64,000 bases of DNA from an uncultured Actinomycetota bacterium. Lineage in GTDB: Bacteria > Actinomycetota > Actinomycetes > JAHEKZ01. The notes under the pieces are model-generated. The model had not been told where the DNA came from, did no database searches, and saw nothing but the letters and a program-made list of their open reading frames with translations. A program made the translations under genes and the position numbers. Within the stretch, counting starts at the first letter, position 1. Every line of letters starts with the position of its first letter. Positions 29,677 through 42,000 of this stretch are shown one piece after another. The stretch is from positions 275,358 to 339,357 of the forward strand of contig CAVURN010000005.1 of assembly GCA_963743915.1 (NCBI GenBank), given 5' to 3'.

Positions 29677-29910
29677 ATGTCCTCTCTGCACCACTCCGAA
29701 GAGACCCACACGAACCTCGTGACCCGGCTGCCCCAGGCGACCGGGCGCACGATGGACGAGTGGTTCCAGGTGGTGCAGGACGGCCCGGCGCTCACCAGGT
29801 TCGAGGAACGCGTGCACTGGTTGCAGGACGAGCACGAGGTGTCCCACGGCTACGCCACGGCGATCGTCCACGAGTACGACAAGCGACGCGCAGCGCGTCG
29901 CGTGCAGTAG
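29677..29910 (+). CDS. DUF4287-like small protein
   Basis: MSSLHHSEETHTNLVTRLPQATGRTMDEWFQVVQDGP...HGYATAIVHEY; ATG 29677 after GGGAG. Confidence 0.55.
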   Translation: MSSLHHSEETHTNLVTRLPQATGRTMDEWFQVVQDGPALTRFEERVHWLQDEHEVSHGYATAIVHEYDKRRAARRVQ

Positions 29911-29917
29911 GCCTCCG

Positions 29918-30763
29918 TCAGTCGGAGTTGAGGATCGCCAGGAAGCGCAGGATCTCGAGGTACAGCCAGACCAGTGTGACGACCAGGCCGAGGGCAGCGC
30001 GCCACGACTCACGCTCGGGTACGCCGAGCGCGACGGCCTGCTCGATCGCGTCGAAGTCGAGAACCAGGGAGAACGAGGCGAGGGCTACACCGGCGATGCA
30101 GAGCAGGAGGCCGAGACCGCCGACTCCGAAGAAGCCCCAGCCGTCACCGACGCCGAAGAACGAGCTGATGAGGCTCACGACGGCGATGCCGAGGTAGGCG
30201 AGCATCGCGCCCATCATCATCTTCTTGAAGCGACCGGTGACCTTGATGATGCGGGTGCCGTACAGGAAGAGCATGGCGACGAACGCCCCGAACGTGCCGA
30301 TCACTGCCTGAATGACGATGTTCGTCGGCTCCTGCCCGGAGGCAAGGTTGCTCTGGTTGACGTACTCCTGCAGCCAGTAGCTGAATCCCCCGATCACGAC
30401 GCCCTCGAGCGCCGCGTACGCCAGCACGGCGACGGGCTGGACCTGCTTGGCCATGACCTGCCAGATGGCCAGGACGGTGGCCGCGATCATCGCGATCAGG
30501 ACGATGCCGAAGCCGACCTGCATGGTCCAGGCCACCCAGGCCGTGGCGAGCAAAGGCACGAACATCGCCGCCGTCTTCACGACGACGTCGGTGACGGTCA
30601 TCGGTGCACCCACCGGCGCAGCAACAGCGGGCGGTGCCGGTGGGACGTCGTACCCCGCTGGTGCCTCCGTCGTTGCAGTGGCGGTCGCGCCGAAACCTGC
30701 GTATCCACCGTTGCGCTTGGCGTCCTGCTCCATGCGCGCGATCACTGGGTTGCGTGATTCCAT
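29918..30763 (-). CDS. Bax inhibitor-1/YccA family membrane protein
   Basis: 281 aa, 7 TM, Pro/Ala-rich N-terminus, ...GTRIIKVTGRFKKMMMGAMLAYLGIAVV... Confidence 0.7.
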   Translation of the reverse strand: MESRNPVIARMEQDAKRNGGYAGFGATATATTEAPAGYDVPPAPPAVAAPVGAPMTVTDVVVKTAAMFVPLLATAWVAWTMQVGFGIVLIAMIAATVLAIWQVMAKQVQPVAVLAYAALEGVVIGGFSYWLQEYVNQSNLASGQEPTNIVIQAVIGTFGAFVAMLFLYGTRIIKVTGRFKKMMMGAMLAYLGIAVVSLISSFFGVGDGWGFFGVGGLGLLLCIAGVALASFSLVLDFDAIEQAVALGVPERESWRAALGLVVTLVWLYLEILRFLAILNSD

Positions 30764-30866
30764 CCGGACCGATCGTCCCCTTCGTGTGGCCGACGTGCGT
30801 AGGACAAGCGTAACCGACTTCGGGTGTGGGGGCGTCCTCGCGCCCTGAGGTCACCGGAGTCACCCA

Positions 30867-30950
30867 GGTGCCCGGAGTGGGACTCGAACCCACACGCCTT
30901 GCGGCAGACCATTTTAAGTGGTCCGCGGCTGCCAGTTACGCCATCCGGGC
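30867..30950 (-). tRNA. tRNA-Leu (anticodon TAA), class II with long variable arm
   Basis: folded by hand: acceptor GCCCGGA/TCCGGGC, anticodon stem GACCA/TGGTC with loop CTTAAAA, T-arm GGGTTCGAGTCCC; CCA not encoded. Confidence 0.85.
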
Positions 30951-30972
30951 GACCGTTCCAGGCTAGTGGGCG

Positions 30973-32325
30973 TCAGGCGGCGGGGGGTGCCTTGGGCTCG
31001 GCCGGGCTCGCCGCCTGCTGGAACTCGGTGAAGGGCTCGTGCATCGACCAGAGCGAGACGATCTCGCGCTTGAAGAACAGCGCCATCGTCCAGTCGACGA
31101 TCACGCGGGTCTTCCGGTTGAGCGTCGGCACCCGACTCATGTGATACGTCCGGTGCATGAACCAGGCCAGGACGCCCTTGAGCTTGATGCCGTAGACGTT
31201 GGCGACGCCCTTGTACAGCCCAAGGCCGGCGACCGACCCCACGTACTTGTGCTTGTACTCGTGCAGCGGGAACCCGCGCAGGGCGGCGACGATGTTGTCG
31301 GCCAGGACCTTCGACTGGCGGACGGCGTGCTGTGCGTTGGGAGCGCACTCGGTGCCCTCGGGCATGGTCAGGTCCGGCACCGCCACCGCGTCGCCGGCAC
31401 CCCAAGCGTTCTCGGTCCCGGACACGCGGAGGGTGGCGTCCGCCACCAGACGCCCGCGCTCGGTGAGCGGCAGGTCGGTGCTGGCCAGCACCGGGTGGGC
31501 CTTGACCCCCGCGGTCCACACCACCGTCTCGGAGTCGAACTCGGTGCCGTCGGACAGGACGACGTGTCCGCCCACGCACGACTCGAGCCGCGTCTGCAGC
31601 TTGACGTCGATACCCCGCTTGCGCAGCTGCTCGAGCGTCCAGACGCCCATCTCGGGTCCGACCTCCGGCAGGATCGCGTCCGCCGCCTCCACCAGGTGGA
31701 ACTTGACGTCGTCCGGCTCGATCGAGTGGTAGTAGCGCGTGGCGTAGCGCGCCATGTCCTCCAGCTCCGCCAGCGCCTCGACACCCGCGAACCCACCACC
31801 GACGACGACCACGTGCAGGTTGCGTGCGCGGATCTCCGGACTGTGCGTCGACTCGGCGATGTCGAGGCACTCCAGAACGCGGTTGCGCAGCTGGATGGCT
31901 TCCTCGACCGTCTTGAAGCCGGTCGCCCACTCGGCCAGGCCGGGGATCGGCAGCGTCCGTGAGACCGAGCCGACCGCGATGACGATGTGCTCGTACTCCA
32001 GCGTGTAGGGCTCCCCCTCGAGCGGCTGGATGGTCGCGACGCGCTCGGCGTGACGGACCTCGGTCACCTTGCCCGTGAGGATCTCGGCCCCACGCAGCAC
32101 TCGGCGCAGAGGCACCACCACGTGACGCGGTGACACCGCACCGGCAGCGGCCTCGGGAAGGAACGGCTGGTACGTCATGTACGAGTGCGGGTTCACGACA
32201 GTGACGACCGCCTCGTCGTCGTGAAGCTTCTTCAGCAGCCGGAGAGCCGTGTACAGGCCGACGTAGCCGCCTCCCACGATCAGGATGCGAGGCCTGGGGG
32301 GGCGGGTGATCGGTGCGGCGCTCAT
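30973..32325 (-). CDS. ndh: type II NADH:quinone oxidoreductase (NDH-2)
   Basis: 450 aa; RILIVGGGYVGLYTALRL (FAD GxGxxG), second VVVVGGGFAGVE dinucleotide motif. Confidence 0.85.
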   Translation of the reverse strand: MSAAPITRPPRPRILIVGGGYVGLYTALRLLKKLHDDEAVVTVVNPHSYMTYQPFLPEAAAGAVSPRHVVVPLRRVLRGAEILTGKVTEVRHAERVATIQPLEGEPYTLEYEHIVIAVGSVSRTLPIPGLAEWATGFKTVEEAIQLRNRVLECLDIAESTHSPEIRARNLHVVVVGGGFAGVEALAELEDMARYATRYYHSIEPDDVKFHLVEAADAILPEVGPEMGVWTLEQLRKRGIDVKLQTRLESCVGGHVVLSDGTEFDSETVVWTAGVKAHPVLASTDLPLTERGRLVADATLRVSGTENAWGAGDAVAVPDLTMPEGTECAPNAQHAVRQSKVLADNIVAALRGFPLHEYKHKYVGSVAGLGLYKGVANVYGIKLKGVLAWFMHRTYHMSRVPTLNRKTRVIVDWTMALFFKREIVSLWSMHEPFTEFQQAASPAEPKAPPAA

Positions 32326-32416
32326 GGCACGAGGGTAGGCACCGGCCCTGGTCCGCTGGCTAGCCGCAGCGGCAAAATCTTGAGGTCAAGTTGTTCTCGA
32401 CGACCGTGTGGGCGCG

Positions 32417-33142
32417 TCAGAGTTCCGCCAGCACGCGTGCGCGGGCAAAGATCTCGTCGAGCATCGGTGCCGTGAGACGCCCAGTGAAGGTGTTCTGTTG
32501 GCTCGGATGGAACGAGCCCAGCAACGTGACCCTTCCCAGCCCGACCTCGGCCCCGTGGCTGAACCGCGGACGGGGCCGGGGCACGCTCTCGCCCGCCCGC
32601 GCCAGTGCGCCGAGTCCGGCCGTCCAGCCGAACGCCCCGAGGGCGACGACGACCCGGACGCCGGGCAGCAGCCGCAGCTCGGCGTCCAACCACGGGGCGC
32701 AGGTGTCCCGCTCGAGCGGAGTTGGTTGGTTGGCGGGCGGCGCGCACCGCACCGCAGCCGTGATGCGGACCCCCGAGAGCGCGAGGCCGTCACCGACGGA
32801 CACCGAGGTCGCCTGGTTCGCCAACCCGGCCCGGTGGAGGGCGGCATAGAGCCAGTCACCGCTGCGGTCCCCCGTGAACATGCGGCCGGTGCGGTTCGCT
32901 CCATGTGCCGCGGGCGCGAGACCGACCACGAGGATGGACGCGTCCGCATCGCCGAAGCCCGGCACGGGGCGTCCCCAGTAGTCGTCGGCGGCGAAGGCCC
33001 TGCGCTTCTCACGCGCCACCCTCTCGCGCCACTGCACCAGCCGAGGGCACGCGCGGCACCCCGTCACGCGCTCGTCGAGCTCGGCCAACGACGCAGCGGT
33101 GGCGGCTTCGCGGATGACGTCGCCGACAGAGCTGGGCGTCAC
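32417..33142 (-). CDS. uracil-DNA glycosylase, family 5 (UdgB-like, 4Fe-4S)
   Basis: [29 protein letters not shown] (GLAPA motif characteristic of family 5), HPSQQN; GTG 33142 overlaps upstream stop (GTGA). Confidence 0.7.
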   Translation of the reverse strand: MTPSSVGDVIREAATAASLAELDERVTGCRACPRLVQWRERVAREKRRAFAADDYWGRPVPGFGDADASILVVGLAPAAHGANRTGRMFTGDRSGDWLYAALHRAGLANQATSVSVGDGLALSGVRITAAVRCAPPANQPTPLERDTCAPWLDAELRLLPGVRVVVALGAFGWTAGLGALARAGESVPRPRPRFSHGAEVGLGRVTLLGSFHPSQQNTFTGRLTAPMLDEIFARARVLAEL

Positions 33143-33828
33143 GCCGAGAGGCGTTGATGCAGGAACTCGACGGTGCGGTCCCACGCCAGTGCCGAAGCAG
33201 CCGCGTCGTGGACCTCGGGTCGGTCGTCGTTGAAGAACGCGTGGTGCGTGCCGGGGTAGTCGAAGATCTCGACGGTTCCACCCGCACCCAGGATCGCGGA
33301 ACGCGCCTGCTGGATGCCGGACGCCGCCGAGGTGCCGTCCTCCTCCGAGCAGTGGATCATCGCCGCTTTGCCCTCGTAGTTCGGCCACTTCGGCTCCATG
33401 CGCTCCCACGGCAACGCCGGGTAGAAGGCGACCGCGGCGGTGAGCTGCGGAGCCAGTGTCCCTGCCCACAGGGCAAGGGAACCGCCCATGCAGAAGCCGA
33501 CGGCGCCGATGGCGTTTCCGTTGGTGGGGTCGCTCTCGAAGAGGAACTGTGCGGCACCGGCGATGTCCTTGGCGGCCGGATCCATCGCGAGCGCCATCAT
33601 CATGCGCATGGCCTCGTCCGGCTCGGTCGTCTTGGCCCCGTGGTACAGGTCGGGAGCCAGCGCCACGAAACCTGCCTCCGCGAACCGGTCGACCACGTTC
33701 TCGATGTGCGGCACCAGGCCCCACCACTCCTGGATCACGACGATTCCCGGTCCCCGCCCGGACGCCGGGACCGCGAAGGCTCCCCCACAGGTGCCGCCGT
33801 TGCTCGAGAACGTCACTCGGTCGGCCAT
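33139..33828 (-). CDS. dienelactone hydrolase family protein
   Basis: [13 protein letters not shown]...[13 protein letters not shown] (nucleophile elbow)...YPGTHHAF; ATG 33828 with AGGAGG RBS. Confidence 0.75.
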   Translation of the reverse strand: MADRVTFSSNGGTCGGAFAVPASGRGPGIVVIQEWWGLVPHIENVVDRFAEAGFVALAPDLYHGAKTTEPDEAMRMMMALAMDPAAKDIAGAAQFLFESDPTNGNAIGAVGFCMGGSLALWAGTLAPQLTAAVAFYPALPWERMEPKWPNYEGKAAMIHCSEEDGTSAASGIQQARSAILGAGGTVEIFDYPGTHHAFFNDDRPEVHDAAASALAWDRTVEFLHQRLSA

Positions 33829-33987
33829 CGGCCCTCCTGGTCTGACCCAGCGGTGCTGGACCCGTGCTGAACGCGGTGCCGGACACCCTGCTGGGTGCGG
33901 GTGCCGGACGCGGTGCTGGACGCGGTGCTGGAGGAAAGGTACCGGGTGAGCCGGTCCCTGCCGAGGCCTCGCCCACCCCCACCCCAG

Positions 33988-34106
33988 CGGGTGCCCTGTG
34001 ACACCGCCTGCAATCAATGAAGGTTTCGGGGTACCCACGGCTCAGAGGCCGACGTGATGGTGTGGCGATTCCTTCAATCAATGAAGGCGGTGTCACAGGG
34101 CACCCG
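33988..34106. promoter_or_regulatory. 119-bp palindromic element: 21-bp perfect IR arms flanking two 17-bp palindromic boxes CCT(G/T)CAATCAATGAAGG
   Basis: left arm cGGGTGCCCTGTGACACCGCC 33988-34008, right arm GGCGGTGTCACAGGGCACCCg 34086-34106; boxes at 34007-34023 and 34071-34087 (centres 64 bp apart); relatively AT-rich in a 70%+ GC context. Confidence 0.6.
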
Positions 34107-34144
34107 AAACCGGGGGTCAGCGGTGTCGCCCGAACCGCCGAGGG

Positions 34145-35087
34145 TCAGGGCGCGAGGGAGGCGGCGATGCCGTCGAGGATGTCGCGCTCGCTCACCAGCA
34201 CCTCCGGAACGCCGCAGTAGGCCACCACCGCCGACAGCACCAGCGAGCCTGCCGCGATCACGTCGACCCGCCCGGGGTGGATCACCGGGTTGGCTGCCCG
34301 CTTCTCCCGCGTGGAGTAGAGCAGCTCTTCGCAGACGCGGTGCACATCGGCTGCGGTGATCACCGCACCGTGGATCCTGGCGGAGTCGTACTCCCACATC
34401 CCCATCGCCAGCGCAGCCACCGTGGTGACCGACCCGGCCAGGCCGACCAGGGTCGCAGCCTGTCGCAGCGGAACCGTCGTGGCCGCCTCACGAATCGCGG
34501 CATCGATGTCGTCACGCGCCGCAGCCACCTCACCCGGCCAGGGCGGGTCGGTCACGAAGTGGCGCTCGGTCATGCGCACGCATCCGACGTCCACGGACGC
34601 GGACGCGGTGGGCTCACGTCCCGGCTCACCCATCACGAACTCGGTCGATCCACCACCGATGTCGACCACCAGGCAAGGCGGGGCGGCAGTGACGATGTCG
34701 AGGTCGCGCGTGGCGCCCGCGAACGAGAGGGCGGCTTCCTCCGCACCCGAGATCACCTCCGGCTCGACCCCGAGTCGCCCCCGGATGCCCGACACGAAGA
34801 CATCCCGGTTGTCGGCATCACGGGTGGCGGACGTCGCGACGAATCGCAGGGCATCGCGCTCCCGTCGACTCGATGATCCCGGCGTACTCCTCCACCGCTG
34901 CGAAGGTCCTCTCGAGCGCCGCCTCGGACAGGTGACCCGTGGCGTCCACCCCCTCCCCGAGGCGGACGATGCGCATCTCCCGCGCGACGTCGACCAGGAG
35001 TCCCGACCTGTCGTCCACCTCGACGACCAGCAGGCGGACAGAGTTGGTGCCGCAGTCGATCGCGGCGACGCGCCGCGCGCCGCTCAC
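34145..35087 (-). pseudogene. ppx: exopolyphosphatase Ppx/GppA family, frameshifted near 34850
   Basis: N-part VSGARRVAAIDCGTNSVRLLVVEV...EEYAGIIESTG (ORF 34818-35216 frame) and C-part RDALRFVATSATRDADNRDVFVSGIRGRLGVEPEVISGAEEAALSF... (ORF 34145-34795) are in different frames; GTG 35087 overlaps DUF501 stop. Confidence 0.65.
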
Positions 35088-35591
35088 GATGCCGCCTCGG
35101 CGCAGGTCTGCCCGCGTGCCAGCCCGCGTTCGGCGATCTCGCTCAACGCCTCGTCTCCGAACGGGTTGACGCCGGGGCCGGCAGCCAGTGCATGACCGAC
35201 CAGGACGTGCAGACACTTCACCCGGTCCGGCATGCCGCCGGCGGTCACTCCCGCGATCTCCGGCACGTCACCGATCGCCGTGCGCTGCGCCAGGTACGAC
35301 TGGTGCGCCTTCCGGTACGTGGCCGCGAGCTCATCGTCCACCGCGAGCCGCTCCTGCATCTCACGCATGCGCCCCTCGGCCTCGAGCGTGCTGACCGCAC
35401 CGGTCAGGCGGGCACAGGTCAGGTAGTACAAGCGTCGGGAAGGGGGTGCCATCGGGAAGCCGTGGCTCGGTCTCGACCACGTCGGGCTCCCCGCACGCGC
35501 AACGGTGGGCCACTCGGCGCAGACCTCGGGGCTCGCGACCGAGCTGTCGCCGCACTGCGGCGCGGTCCGACTCGGTCACCCCGGGGGGCAT
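35084..35591 (-). pseudogene. DUF501 protein (Rv1025-like), frameshifted near 35428
   Basis: N-part ...RRQLGREPRGLRRVAHRCACGEPDVVETEPRLPDGTPFPTL in one frame, C-part LYYLTCARLTGAVSTLEAEGRMREMQERL...MPDRVKCLHVLVGHALAAG in another; junction acgcttgtactac (one extra nt). Confidence 0.6.
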
Positions 35592-35620
35592 GCCCGACGC
35601 CCCGGAGGCGTCGTCGACGC

Positions 35621-36055
35621 TCACCGGTCGTCCGCCTCCTGCACCGAGCCCCACAACGTGTCGTACCACGCGACTTCGGGGTCGGTCGCGACCCGGATCT
35701 CCGGGTTACGCGCATCCTCGACGTCCTCGGGGGACAGCAGCACCAGCCCCTTCTCGCCAGGGAAGACGTAGTGCAGGCGTTCCCGGGCCTGCTCCTCGAC
35801 GAACGCGTCGTCGCGCCAGCGCTGCGACTGCTCCTGCAGGTTGCCGACGCGCGACTCCAGCTGCGCCACCCGCTCCTCGGCCGCCGCGATCGCGCTGCGC
35901 TGTGCGAGGAACTCACGGATCGGGAACGCGAGCGACATCACCAGCGCAGCCGCCACGAGGATCAGCACGACCGCGCGCCCGGTCAGACGTGCCCACAGTG
36001 GGCGGTCGTCGACCACCTCGAGGTGCGCACGTGAGCGCGTGCCGTTGGACGCCAC
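35621..36055 (-). CDS. septum formation initiator family protein (FtsB/DivIC-like)
   Basis: 144 aa; N-terminal TM AVVLILVAAALVMSLAF, coiled coil AAEERVAQLESRVGNLQEQSQRW. Confidence 0.7.
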   Translation of the reverse strand: MASNGTRSRAHLEVVDDRPLWARLTGRAVVLILVAAALVMSLAFPIREFLAQRSAIAAAEERVAQLESRVGNLQEQSQRWRDDAFVEEQARERLHYVFPGEKGLVLLSPEDVEDARNPEIRVATDPEVAWYDTLWGSVQEADDR

Positions 36056-36058
36056 GCG

Positions 36059-38382
<2,324 letters not shown>

Positions 38383-38385
38383 CGG

Positions 38386-39048
38386 CTACTGCCCCGTGGG
38401 AGCGGGAGCCGGAGCCGGCTCGGGCTGCTCGGTCACCGCCGGGCGGGACAGGCGCTCGAGGGCACGCGGCTCGACACCTGGCACGTCCGGGTTCCACACC
38501 CCGAACCGGGGACTCACCGAGACGTCCAGGTCCTCCGCCGTGGACCGGAGTGCCTCGAGGTAGGCCGCATCTGCCTCCTCGGGACTGGCTCCGGGTGCGG
38601 CGAGAGCCTCACCCAGCGAACGGCGCAGGACGACGTACTCGGCGGCGGCCTCGAGCCTGGACGGGGGAATCGCGTTCTGCGCGGAGGCGGTCTCGCGCTG
38701 GGCCGGGTCGGTGCCCAGCAGCTGGTCGATCTCGGACGCCGAGGCGGTCACGCCCTCCTGCTCGGCGAGCGCCAAGGTGATCTGCTCATTGAGCCACCAG
38801 GACGTCAGGACCAGGGTGAGCTGGTCCTCGGGCGGCTGCTGCGCGTCGGGGTTGTCCGCGTACACCCCGGCGAGCTCGTCGGACCACTCGGCGAGCTGGC
38901 TCTCGGTGAGACGCTCCTCGCCGACGACCGCGGCGGCTCCTGCCTTGTGGCTGGCGCAGCCGCTGAGCACGACCACTCCCAGGGCTGCCAGTACCAGCGC
39001 GCTCCGCACGCGTCGTCCACCTCGCATGGCGCTCACCGTTCTCCTCAT
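38386..39048 (-). CDS. putative lipoprotein (SurA-N-like domain)
   Basis: MRRTVSAMRGGRRVRSALVLAALGVVVLSGCAS lipobox LSGC; ATG 39048 overlaps mfd stop (ATGA). Confidence 0.6.
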   Translation of the reverse strand: MRRTVSAMRGGRRVRSALVLAALGVVVLSGCASHKAGAAAVVGEERLTESQLAEWSDELAGVYADNPDAQQPPEDQLTLVLTSWWLNEQITLALAEQEGVTASASEIDQLLGTDPAQRETASAQNAIPPSRLEAAAEYVVLRRSLGEALAAPGASPEEADAAYLEALRSTAEDLDVSVSPRFGVWNPDVPGVEPRALERLSRPAVTEQPEPAPAPAPTGQ

Positions 39049-42000
39049 CGGTCGACCAGCACCGCCTCGACGAACTCGGTCACCCACTGGAGCAGAGCAG
39101 CGTCTCGCAGCGGCTCTCCTCCGACCCGTGCGGTCGTCGGTCTCGGCACCAGGATCGTACGGACCGCCGGCTTGACGGTGGTGCCCGGGTAGAGCCGGGT
39201 CAGGCGCAGGGTGGCGGACTCCGGCAGCTCGACCGGGAAGATCCGCACCCTGCTTCCCTGCACCACCACCTCGCTCACTCCGACCGAACGCACGAGCGTC
39301 CGGAGCCGAGCGACGTCGAAGAGCCGCTCGACCGGTTCGGGAAGCGGGCCGAACCGGTCCACCAGCTCGTCACGGACGTCGGCCAGTGTCTGCTCGTCGT
39401 GGGCGTCCGCGAGCCGCTGGTACGCCTGGAGCCGCACCTTCTCGGACGGCACCCAGTCGTGCGGGATGTGGGCGTCCACGGGCAGCTCGACCCGGATCTC
39501 GGCCGGTTCGCCTCCCGACTCCGGCCCCTCACCCTTGAGGGTGGCAACCGCCTCACCGACGAGGCGGAGGTAGAGGTCGAAGCCCACGCCTTCGATGTGG
39601 CCGCTCTGCTCCCCGCCCAGCACGTTGCCGGCGCCACGGATCTCGAGGTCCTTCATGGCGACGGCCATGCCGGAGCCGAGATCGGTGTGCTGCGCGATGG
39701 TGGCCAGCCGGTCGTGCGCCGGCTCGGTGAGCGGTCGTTCAGGTGGGTAGAGGAAGTACGCGTAACCACGGTCACGCCCGCGACCCACCCGACCACGCAG
39801 CTGGTGCAGCTGCGCCAGTCCGAGGGTGTCGGCCCGCTCCACGACCAAGGTGTTGGCATTGCTGATGTCGAGACCGGACTCGACGATCGTGGTGCACACC
39901 AACACGTCGAAACGTTTGTCCCAGAAGTCGACGATGATGCGCTCCAGCGCGTCCTCGGACATCTGACCGTGTGCCACCTCGACCCGCGCCTCGGGAACGA
40001 TCTCGCGGACCCGCGCAGCCGCACGCTCGATGGACTCCACCCGGTTGTGGATGTAGAAGACCTGGCCCTCCCGCAACAGCTCGCGACGGATGGCTGCACC
40101 GATCTGCTTCTGGTCGTACGCCCCCACGAAGGTCAGCACCGGATGGCGTTCCTCTGGAGGCGTGAGGATGGTCGACATCTCTCGGATCCCGCCGAGCGCC
40201 ATCTCCAGGGTGCGGGGGATCGGCGTCGCCGACATCGTGAGGACGTCCACGTGCGTGCGCAGCGCCTTCAGGTGTTCCTTGTGCTCGACGCCGAAGCGCT
40301 GCTCCTCGTCGACGACCACGAGGCCCAGGTCCTTGAAGCGCGTCGTGGCCTGCAGCAGCCGGTGGGTCCCGATCACGACGTCGACGCTCCCGTCCGCCAG
40401 GCCCTCGATCACCTCGGCAGCCTCACGGTCGGTCTGGAAACGGGACAGCGCCTTGACCGTGACCGGGAATGCGGCAAACCGCTCGGTGAAGGTGTTGGTG
40501 TGCTGCTGGACGAGCAAGGTCGTGGGCACGAGCACCGCCACCTGCTTGCCGTCCTGCACCGCCTTGAACGCCGCCCGCACGGCGATCTCCGTCTTGCCGT
40601 ACCCCACGTCCCCGCAGACGAGGCGGTCCATGGGTATCGGCTGCTCCATGTCCCGTTTCACCTCGTCGATGCAGGCCATCTGGTCGACGGTCTCGACGTA
40701 GGGGAAGGCGTCCTCGAGCTCACGCTGCCAGGGAGTGTCCGGGCCGAACGCGTACCCCGGTGCTGACTGACGGGCCGAGTACAGGCGGACGAGCTCGGCC
40801 GCGATCTGCTTGACCGCCTTGCGTGCGCGGCCCTTGGTCTTGGCCCAGTCCGCACCACCGAGTCGGTGCAGCGAGGGGGATTCCCCTCCGACGTACCGGG
40901 TCACGAGGTCGAGCTGGTCGGTCGGCACGAAGAGGCGGTCAGCGGGCTGCCCGCGGCGCGCGGGGGCGTACTCGATCACGAGGTATTCCCGCGTCGAACC
41001 CTGTACCTCGCGACGTGTCATCTCGACGTAGCGCCCGACACCGTGCTGCTCGTGCACGACGTAGTCACCCGGGGAGAGCTGGAGCGGGTCCACCGTGGCC
41101 CGCCGCCGCGACGGCATCCGTCGCATGTCCCGCGTCGACGACTTCTGCCCGACCAGGTCGGTCTCGGTCAGCACCAGCAGCTTGAGAGCGTCGGAGACCA
41201 GGCCGTGCTCCATGACGCCGGTGGCCACCTGCACGACGGAGGCGTCGCGCACGGGGTCGACCTCGGCGACCACCTCGGCGACGACATCGTCGTCACGCAG
41301 CCGCTCGGCGAACCGTTCAGCCGGACCGTGCCCCGCCGTGACCAGCACGACGCGCCACCCGTCCGCGACCGACGCGTGGATGGTCTTCAGCGCCCGGTCC
41401 GTGTCGCCCCGGTACTCATCGGCAGCGCGCAGCGTCGTTCCGGCGGTCTCGTCGTCGGGTCCGCCGAAGGGGCCGACACCCCACCAGGGGAGGCCGCGGC
41501 CGACCGCGGCCGACCGCACCTCGGCCAGCTCTCGGTAGGAGGCCGCCCCCAGGTCGATCGGCGTGCTGTTCCCGGCCGCGGCGTTCGCCCAGGAGGCCGC
41601 GAGGAACTCCTCGCTGGTGCGATGCAGCTCGTGGCTGCGGGTGCGCACCCGCTCGGGGTCGACCACCACCATTGCCGTCGCGTCGGGCACGACGTCGACC
41701 AGCAGCTCCATCCCGTCACCCAGCAGGGGCGACAGGGACTCCATCCCTTCGACGGCGACCCCCTCGGCGAGCTGCCCGAGCACGTCGGCGAGCCCTGGGT
41801 GGATCGCCACGAGTCCGGCCGCCCGACGGCGCACGGTCTCGGTGAGCGGAAGCTCGCGCACCGGCGGCGCCCACACGCCGTGAGGTGCCGTCTCCAGGCT
41901 CCGCTGGTCAGCAGCCTTGAACCACCGGATCTCCTCCACCGTGTCGCCCCACAGCTCGACCCGCAGCGGGTGCTGCTCGACGGCGGGGAACACGTCGAGG

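Noticed and set aside
33988-34106. CRP-type site (TGTGA...TCACA) in the palindrome arms
   Set aside because: The TGTGA and TCACA halves are about 90 bp apart, not N6-spaced; each arm alone lacks a partner half-site.
33988-34106. MITE/transposon interpretation of the 119-bp element
   Set aside because: No target-site duplication visible at the arm boundaries and no second copy in this window; kept only as an alternative hypothesis.
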